From: Oscillospiraceae bacterium
Lineage (GTDB): Bacteria > Bacillota > Clostridia > Oscillospirales > Ruminococcaceae
Assembly: GCA_017540225.1 (NCBI GenBank)
Contig: JAFYBM010000146.1
Coordinates: forward strand, 1 to 59,625
Direction: 5' to 3'
Length of the DNA stretch: 59,625 bases
The number at the start of each line of letters is the position of its first letter. Position 1 is the first letter of the stretch. A program made the translations under genes and the position numbers. Under the pieces are notes generated by a model. That model made no database searches. It had not been told where the DNA came from and saw nothing but the letters and a program-made list of their open reading frames with translations. Below are positions 53,542 through 59,625 of this stretch, piece by piece.

Positions 53542-55029
53542 TTACGGGATTTGGTATATGCAGTAGGATGGCGTTTCGCCGTCCTTCTGATACAGTGTTT
53601 CTGTCAGAATACAGCGCTGACGGATCTCACGGATCGCATCCTGCACGGCCGCATCCTGAAAATTCGGAACAGACTGCGATTCCGCATCTGCCCAGATGAT
53701 GAAATAATGCCCTGATTCATTCCGGATCGTTTCATTTACAATCTCAGCCGGCGTTCTGCTGCCGAGATTACCGGCCAGAAACAGGTCATAATATCTGTCA
53801 TACCGGCCAAAGCGAATATTATAAAATGCACCAAGCGTATCTGCGATATGATAATCGGAAAGCGCGGTCTGATGTGATTCCAGATAGGGGAGCAGACCGT
53901 CACCGAAGCGCGTTTCCAGATCCGCTGCAACGGTTTTCAGGTCGCCGCCCTGCGCTTGCATGATTGCCCGCGTTCCGAAAACCGGATAGATCCGGCTGAG
54001 TGCCTCCGGCATACAGACAAGTGCAGCAGAGAGCACCGCCTGCCCCAGCGTGAAAACCGCAGCAGCAGCATACACCGCAATGTGCATGAAACGGCGCAGC
54101 TTATCATCCGGCTCAGGCTTTTTCAGAACGGACAGCAATACGGCATAAATGCCGTAGGAAGGCAGCAGACAGGGACTGTTCAGGATCGGAAATGCAATCA
54201 GCGTCACGCAGGCGCCCGTGACGGCAAGCTCCGGCTGCTTCATCAGCAGACAGGCCGCCAGCACCGCAAGCATATGCAGCACCAGATCGGCTGCATATGC
54301 GCCGCTGTGTGCGCCGGTGAATTCAGAAGCGGAAAAGAGACAGCAGTCCGCAAAGTCACGCAGAATGCCGCACCCTGCAAAGCCGAGCAGCCAGATGCCG
54401 CAAAACCCTGCATAGCATAAGATCAGCACAGCCGTATGCGAGAGCGCTGATTTCAGCGGCGTTTTTGTCCGGATCCAGTGATACACAAAGCAAAGGCCGA
54501 GTGAACAGACGCACAGCGCACCGGTATTCTGCTTTGAGAAAAAGCACAGACAGCACAGCAGGGCAATCAGCACAAGCTGCCGGAACGCAGACTTCCTGCG
54601 GTAACGGAAAAAGAGATACAGCGCAGCGCTCCAGAACATCACGCTCATGCTTGTATAAATGGCACCCTGTCCGAACACTGCAAATACCGTCCAGATTACA
54701 ACAGGCAGCAGCCGCGCCTTTTTATCAAGCTGCCGTGCGGTCAGAAACAGGAATAATCCCGTCAGAGCAATCAGCAGCGAAGCTGCGAGCAATCCGGTGT
54801 GCAGCGAGCGGCTGAATCGGAAAAACACACTGTAATAATACAGCGAAAGCGGCGTTTGCAGCATATTGAAATCGCGGTAGGGGAGCAGCCCCTCCGTCAG
54901 ACATTTTGCCCACTGATACCGGTCCTTATAGTCCGGCTGACAAAAATCCTGCATACTTCGGCATAAAACCGCTGCAATTTCCGCAAGCAATGCAAAGATA
55001 TTTCCTGCAATCCGTATGTTTTTCTTCAT
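53542..55029 (-). CDS. polytopic membrane protein, GT-C-fold glycosyltransferase-like (ArnT/PMT_2-like)
   Basis: About 11 TM segments with an early loop LLPYRDFNMLQTPL. The ATG overlaps the upstream stop (ATGA). Family assignment is tentative. Confidence 0.5.
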   Translation of the reverse strand: MKKNIRIAGNIFALLAEIAAVLCRSMQDFCQPDYKDRYQWAKCLTEGLLPYRDFNMLQTPLSLYYYSVFFRFSRSLHTGLLAASLLIALTGLFLFLTARQLDKKARLLPVVIWTVFAVFGQGAIYTSMSVMFWSAALYLFFRYRRKSAFRQLVLIALLCCLCFFSKQNTGALCVCSLGLCFVYHWIRTKTPLKSALSHTAVLILCYAGFCGIWLLGFAGCGILRDFADCCLFSASEFTGAHSGAYAADLVLHMLAVLAACLLMKQPELAVTGACVTLIAFPILNSPCLLPSYGIYAVLLSVLKKPEPDDKLRRFMHIAVYAAAAVFTLGQAVLSAALVCMPEALSRIYPVFGTRAIMQAQGGDLKTVAADLETRFGDGLLPYLESHQTALSDYHIADTLGAFYNIRFGRYDRYYDLFLAGNLGSRTPAEIVNETIRNESGHYFIIWADAESQSVPNFQDAAVQDAIREIRQRCILTETLYQKDGETPSYCIYQIP

Positions 55030-56081
55030 TCCAGATTCTCGTTATAGAAGGCGTTGATCCGTTCCAGCAGCGGCTCATTGACTGCGCGGAACAGTGCCTT
55101 TTCTTCGTCCGAGGCATGATCGGCGCCGTTGCCGAAGACAGCGAGCTTTTCCTCCTGTGAATATTCGGTATCGGTATAAAGCGATGCAACAAGGCGGTTG
55201 CATTCCTCGGAGTGGAAATAATCATTGTGATGCGCAAAATCACCGGTGATCGTATAAGTCTCAAAATAGGGATCGGTGATCTTGTCCTGCTGCGAGATAA
55301 TGCCGAGGCTGTAGAGTACGAATCCATCGGATTCGCCGTGTATCGCCAGAAACGGGATATTTGCTTTGTTGATCCCGTCCACGGCATTGAGACCGGCATT
55401 TTCCCCGAAGGTGATCTTATGATAGAGTGCGGCAAACGGCCGGAACAGCACCGAACCCGTTTTCCCGAGCACATTGACTGCGCCCTGATTGAGCATTTCC
55501 AGCGGATAGGCATATCCGGAAAGCGATGCTGCTGCTTTGACATCGTGATCGAAATTCAGGACACCGCCGACCGCAAAGCCGCCCCAGCTGTGACCGAGCA
55601 GCACCTTCGGCATATCCTTGAGCCGGCTGTCCTGCTCTGCAAAATTGAGCGCACTGTCCAGATCCAGCGCTGACTGCGCCAGCCCGACCGTTGATTCACC
55701 GGGACTGCTGCCGGAGCCTGCCGCATCATAGGCAAAGACACACCAGCCGTGATCGACGAACCAGCAGAACTGATTGACATAGGCCTCCGAGCCGCTGCCG
55801 ATGCCGTGTGCAAATATGATCAGCTTTTCCGTATTCTCCGCGCCGTAGATCCAGCCCTTCAGCTTCAGCTTTCCGGACGGGAACTCGACCTCCTCCCGCG
55901 GATAATCCGCTTCAAAGGCCGGATACCAGCCGAATGCGGTCTGCTCAGAGCTTCGGTCTGCCGGATAATCTCCGCGGCCGAACTGCGCATTCATAATCAG
56001 GGCGGTCATCCCCATCAGCGCCGCAAATAATACTGCTGCGCCGCCGAATGCACCGAATGCAATTTTACCTGCTTTTTTCAT
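55026..56081 (-). CDS. membrane-anchored alpha/beta hydrolase
   Basis: N-terminal TM, HGIGSG oxyanion region and nucleophile elbow GHSWGG. The ATG overlaps the purN stop (ATGA). Confidence 0.75.
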   Translation of the reverse strand: MKKAGKIAFGAFGGAAVLFAALMGMTALIMNAQFGRGDYPADRSSEQTAFGWYPAFEADYPREEVEFPSGKLKLKGWIYGAENTEKLIIFAHGIGSGSEAYVNQFCWFVDHGWCVFAYDAAGSGSSPGESTVGLAQSALDLDSALNFAEQDSRLKDMPKVLLGHSWGGFAVGGVLNFDHDVKAAASLSGYAYPLEMLNQGAVNVLGKTGSVLFRPFAALYHKITFGENAGLNAVDGINKANIPFLAIHGESDGFVLYSLGIISQQDKITDPYFETYTITGDFAHHNDYFHSEECNRLVASLYTDTEYSQEEKLAVFGNGADHASDEEKALFRAVNEPLLERINAFYNENLE

Positions 56082-56737
56082 GGCCGGATCTTTACAATAT
56101 TGTTTTCAACGGTCAGCCTGTCCTCACAGAACAGCCGCACGGCCTCCGGCAGGATATGCCATTCTGCCTGCTCCATCACACGCTTTTGGAGTGTTTCCGG
56201 TGTGTCATCCTGCTCGACCGCTACGGCCTTTTGCAGAATGATCGGGCCGCCGTCACAGACCTCGGTGACAAAATGCACCGTTGCACCCGTGACCTTCACG
56301 CCCTTTTTCAGCGCTGCCTCATGGACATGAAGCCCGTAATAGCCCTTGCCGCAGAAGCTCGGAATCAGTGCCGGATGCACATTGATCATTTGATTCGGGT
56401 AGGCTTTGCAGATTGTTTCATCCAGAATGGTCATGAAGCCGGCCTGCACGATCAGATCAGCCCGCTCTGCACGGAATGCATCCAGCATGGCTGCGCTGTA
56501 GGCTGCCGTATCCGGATAATCCTTCCGCGCAATCACGCGCGCCGCAATGCCGGCGTTTTTCGCTCGTTCCAGCGCATAAACGCCCGCCTTGGAGCTGATG
56601 ACGCAGGTGATCCTGCCGCCGCCCAGCTCTCCGCGTGCCTGCGCGTCAATCAGCGCCTGCAAATTGGTTCCGCCGCCGGAAACCAGTACAATGATGTTTT
56701 TTGTATTGTCAGCCAACGGTATCGCCGCCCCTTTCAT
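56078..56737 (-). CDS. purN: phosphoribosylglycinamide formyltransferase
   Basis: VLVSGGGTNLQALID, NVHPALIP and a GATVHFV block. The true start may be TTG 56716. Confidence 0.9.
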   Translation of the reverse strand: MKGAAIPLADNTKNIIVLVSGGGTNLQALIDAQARGELGGGRITCVISSKAGVYALERAKNAGIAARVIARKDYPDTAAYSAAMLDAFRAERADLIVQAGFMTILDETICKAYPNQMINVHPALIPSFCGKGYYGLHVHEAALKKGVKVTGATVHFVTEVCDGGPIILQKAVAVEQDDTPETLQKRVMEQAEWHILPEAVRLFCEDRLTVENNIVKIRP

Positions 56738-56756
56738 ATAAGAATATGCCGAATGA

Positions 56757-57668
56757 TTATTGCGTCAGGATTCCGCAAAGCTCGTCCTGCATTTTTTGAT
56801 TGATCTCGAAATAGGATGCGTCATAGCGCTCCGAGGCATTGAATGTCCCGATGCCGGTGAGCGCTGCCTTGTCAAAGAGGATTTTTGTCCGGTTCTCCTT
56901 TATATTCCCGTCGTAGTCGTAATACATATAAACAACGGAAAAACGGTAGTTTTCCGGCGCCTCCGTTTCGCGCAGATAATCCTGATAAATATGCTCCATC
57001 TTCTCAATATACGGTTCCGGATTGACCGGCTTTTCGGTGCGATGCTCCCGCTCCGTAATCAGGATCTCAAACGTCGGGATGAGCGTTTTGTCCTGCGCGA
57101 TGCTTTGCAGCGACGCGGTGCAGACCTTCAGACCGGTTCCCGGCTCCAGCGCTGCCTGCATCATCGGGATCATTGCCTCGTTCGCCGCCAGCAGCAGATA
57201 ATATGTCTTTGAACGGAACACCACATCAATAATCGGATTGATCTCAATATTCTGATAGAACGCCGGAACACGAAAATAATTCGTCAGTACCTTGTCGGAA
57301 AACTCATGCATGGCAGCGCCATTCGCCTCGTGGTAAAGCGCTTCCAGCAGATTATAATCATTATACAGTTCCACTGAATCCAGATGCCTGCCGGTACAGT
57401 ACAGATCATCATAGGCGTCAAGCCGGAAACCGCGCTGACTGCCGAGTGTCTCCTGATAATACTGCACATTCCGGTGACAGACATGGGTGCCGTCCGCATA
57501 CATTTCCGTTTCCGCCGGAGAAAAGGTATACTCCGGACCGAGGGAATAATCCAGATAGTCCTTGTATACGGCTTCATAATCCACATAATCCTGCATAGAC
57601 GGTGCCAGGCAGGCCGTCAGCAGCAGCGCCGATGCGGTCAGCAAGGCCGCAATTCCGTGCCATTTCAT
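56757..57668 (-). CDS. hypothetical lipoprotein
   Basis: Signal plus lipobox [20 protein letters not shown]. Tyr/Asp/Glu-rich, about 280 aa mature. The ATG overlaps the purM stop (ATGA). Confidence 0.65.
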   Translation of the reverse strand: MKWHGIAALLTASALLLTACLAPSMQDYVDYEAVYKDYLDYSLGPEYTFSPAETEMYADGTHVCHRNVQYYQETLGSQRGFRLDAYDDLYCTGRHLDSVELYNDYNLLEALYHEANGAAMHEFSDKVLTNYFRVPAFYQNIEINPIIDVVFRSKTYYLLLAANEAMIPMMQAALEPGTGLKVCTASLQSIAQDKTLIPTFEILITEREHRTEKPVNPEPYIEKMEHIYQDYLRETEAPENYRFSVVYMYYDYDGNIKENRTKILFDKAALTGIGTFNASERYDASYFEINQKMQDELCGILTQ

Positions 57669-58714
57669 CCCTCGATGATGACGCCTTCGCTGCTCTCAAC
57701 CAGTTCACCGAGGACATAAGCCTTCTCGCCGGAAGCAGTCAGCGAAGCGATTGCTGCATCTGCATCCTCCGGCGCAACGGAAACGATCATGCCGACACCC
57801 ATATTGAAGGTGTTGAACATATCACGCTCCGGAATCTTGCCGGTCTCCGCGAGCAGATCAAAGATCGGGAGCACCTGCACATTGCTGCGCGGAATGCGGG
57901 CAGAGATGCCGTCCGGCAGACTGCGCGGGATATTTTCATAGAAGCCGCCGCCCGTGATATGGGAGATTGCCTTGACATTGACCTTCTCCAGCAGCGAGAG
58001 CACGGGCTTGACATAGATGCGTGTCGGAGTCAGCAGCGCATCACCGAGCGTGCTGCCGAGATCGGCATAGTGCCGTGCGAGATTCTGCTCATTGACATTG
58101 AATACCTTGCGCACGAGCGAGAAGCCGTTGGAATGCACACCGCTCGAAGCAATGGCGATCAGCACATCGCCGGCCTTCTGGGAATCGGGCTGCAGGAGCT
58201 TTTTGCGGTCAGCGATACCGACCGTGAAACCCGCGAGATCGTATTCGTCATCGGGCATCATGCCGGGATGCTCTGCCGTTTCGCCGCCGATCAGTGCGCA
58301 GCCGGCCTGCACGCAGCCCTCTGCCACACCGCCGACAATCGTTGCGATCTTCTCAGGATAGTTTTTGCCGCAGGCGATATAATCGAGGAAAAAGAGCGGT
58401 TTTGCGCCGCAGCAGATGACATCGTTGACGCACATGGCAACACAGTCGATGCCGATGGTATTATGCTTGTCCATGAGCATTGCGATCTTGAGCTTTGTGC
58501 CGACACCGTCTGTGCCGGAGACAAGAACCGGCTCCTCCATACCCTTGAGATCGGGCAGGAACAGGCCGCCGAAGCCGCCGATGCTGTCGATCGAGCCGGC
58601 CGTGACCGTGCGCGCAACGTGCTTTTTCATCAGCTCAACGGCCTTGTAGCCTGCTGTGACATCAACGCCGGCCTTTGCGTAGCTCTCAGAAAAACTGTTC
58701 TTTTCGTTTGCCAT
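57665..58714 (-). CDS. purM: phosphoribosylformylglycinamidine cyclo-ligase
   Basis: [25 protein letters not shown] and AHITGGG. Confidence 0.96.
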   Translation of the reverse strand: MANEKNSFSESYAKAGVDVTAGYKAVELMKKHVARTVTAGSIDSIGGFGGLFLPDLKGMEEPVLVSGTDGVGTKLKIAMLMDKHNTIGIDCVAMCVNDVICCGAKPLFFLDYIACGKNYPEKIATIVGGVAEGCVQAGCALIGGETAEHPGMMPDDEYDLAGFTVGIADRKKLLQPDSQKAGDVLIAIASSGVHSNGFSLVRKVFNVNEQNLARHYADLGSTLGDALLTPTRIYVKPVLSLLEKVNVKAISHITGGGFYENIPRSLPDGISARIPRSNVQVLPIFDLLAETGKIPERDMFNTFNMGVGMIVSVAPEDADAAIASLTASGEKAYVLGELVESSEGVIIEG

Positions 58715-58787
58715 TCCAAAATCTCCTTATCATCGGGCAAAGCCCCGTTTTGATCCTGTTTTGCTTGCATCAAGCGCCTGTTTCCGG

Positions 58788-59525
58788 TCAGAGATACTGA
58801 CCGATCAGATAGCCGAGAATCCCGCAGCAGAGCGCAAACGGAAGAATGCGCAGAAGCTGCCCGATCATCAGATTATTATAAACGGTATTGCGGATATCCG
58901 TCTGAATGCCGTCAGCGACCTGCGAACGGAAAATTTCCGGCGCCTCGCTGCCGCCGAGCATCACGCCGTAATGGATCGGGATGACGGTATGCGGTTTGAT
59001 GTGATTTGTCATCTCCGCCGCCTGCTTCGCATTCATCGTATATATGCCGCCGCTGACCGGCAGCATGAGAATATCGCAGGAAACAGCGCTGCTTTCCGGC
59101 GTGACATCCGTATCACCGGTGATATAGATGCGCGTTTCGCTGAGTGTCAGCACATAACCGACCCAGCCCTGAATTTTCAGATGTGCCGGCTTATGCAGAT
59201 TATAGGCTGCGACCGTTTCGACCGGAATCCCGCAGAGCGTCAGATTCTGCCCGGGCGTAACCGTGACCGGCGTTCTGCCCGTCCGCAGCTTGCAGAGCGC
59301 CGAAACGGTCTTCGGCACGGCAATGACCGTATCCTCTTTCATGATTTTTTTGATGTCCTTCGGGGAAAAGTGGTCAAAATGCGGATGTGTAATAAGAATG
59401 AGGTCTGCGTCATGCGGTTCATCCGGAATGCGGATCGGGTCGATATAGATGACCTTTTCGCCGCGGATGCAGATACTGCTGTGTGTGTTGACCGTTATTT
59501 GCTGCAATATTTCGCTGCTGAACAT
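58788..59525 (-). CDS. MBL-fold metallo-hydrolase with C-terminal TM segment
   Basis: LILITHPHFDHF metal motif and a later PIHYG. Hydrophobic tail LLRILPFALCCGILGYLIGQYL. Confidence 0.75.
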   Translation of the reverse strand: MFSSEILQQITVNTHSSICIRGEKVIYIDPIRIPDEPHDADLILITHPHFDHFSPKDIKKIMKEDTVIAVPKTVSALCKLRTGRTPVTVTPGQNLTLCGIPVETVAAYNLHKPAHLKIQGWVGYVLTLSETRIYITGDTDVTPESSAVSCDILMLPVSGGIYTMNAKQAAEMTNHIKPHTVIPIHYGVMLGGSEAPEIFRSQVADGIQTDIRNTVYNNLMIGQLLRILPFALCCGILGYLIGQYL

Positions 59526-59597
59526 ATTTTCCTCCGAATTCTATGTTTATCCTGCTTATTCCTCACCGGTAAAGCAATAAGTGCAGAGCGAATCGGG

Positions 59598-59612
59598 GCG
59601 GGCAGTGCCCGC
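59598..59612. repeat. 15-nt perfect palindrome gcgggcagtgcccgc (copy 3)
   Basis: Followed by tgccg and a T6 run at the window edge. Confidence 0.85.
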
Positions 59613-59625
59613 TGCCGTTTTTTCA

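Noticed and set aside
58715-59625. A purine (guanine/adenine) riboswitch ahead of purM or the MBL-fold gene.
   Set aside because: Neither leader contains the conserved TATA...TGG...CTACC...CCGTAAAT-type junction sequences. Only a generic hairpin (cttatt-N15-aataag) and the GC palindrome are present. The true 5' end of the pur operon may lie outside the window.

Overview
This is a 59.6-kb window from a G+C-rich, spore-forming Clostridia genome. It looks Oscillospiraceae/Ruminococcaceae-like: it carries gpr, a GerA-family gene, YetF/DUF421, a dpaA remnant, and cohesin/dockerin proteins. I support about 60 protein genes and one tRNA-Thr.

Layout:
- 1-8 kb: miaB (with an in-frame TAG), nfi, a ylbF-like gene, mutS, a lone ACP, a convergent cohesin-dockerin-GH25 muramidase, and tRNA-Thr.
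- 8.7-13.3 kb: a seven-gene minus-strand operon made almost entirely of membrane proteins, led by a DUF2975 + XRE-HTH pair.
- 13.8-17.0 kb: a four-gene operon of unknown function.
- 17-23 kb: a GerA-family gene, gpr, DUF421/DUF4363, and htpG behind a perfect CIRCE.
- 23-35 kb: scpB, murF, ddl, nagA, an AT-rich ORFan, a ROK protein, prfB, a second DUF2975-HTH pair, maf, an antiporter, and glyA.
- 35-41 kb: a truncated dpaA followed by a dockerin-bearing double-CE12 esterase and an ECF sigma/anti-sigma pair.
- 41-59.6 kb: one long minus-strand run with gpmI, two DUF4190 paralogs, glcK, manA, uvrC, and a pur cluster (purM...purD) with unrelated genes spliced in by ATGA overlaps.

I saw no CRISPR array, transposase, integrase, phage or recognisable defence genes.

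Best candidates for undescribed biology:
- the four-gene operon at 13.8-17.0 kb (tandem paralogs, an orphan dehydratase-like protein, a Cys-rich membrane protein)
- the seven-gene DUF2975/HTH membrane operon, with an internal run of heptamer repeats
- the AT-rich ORFan wedged between the ROK gene and nagA
- the island that truncates dpaA
- the guest genes inside the pur operon

All family names come from motif recognition by eye, not from database searches. Coordinates of non-coding elements may be off by a base or two.
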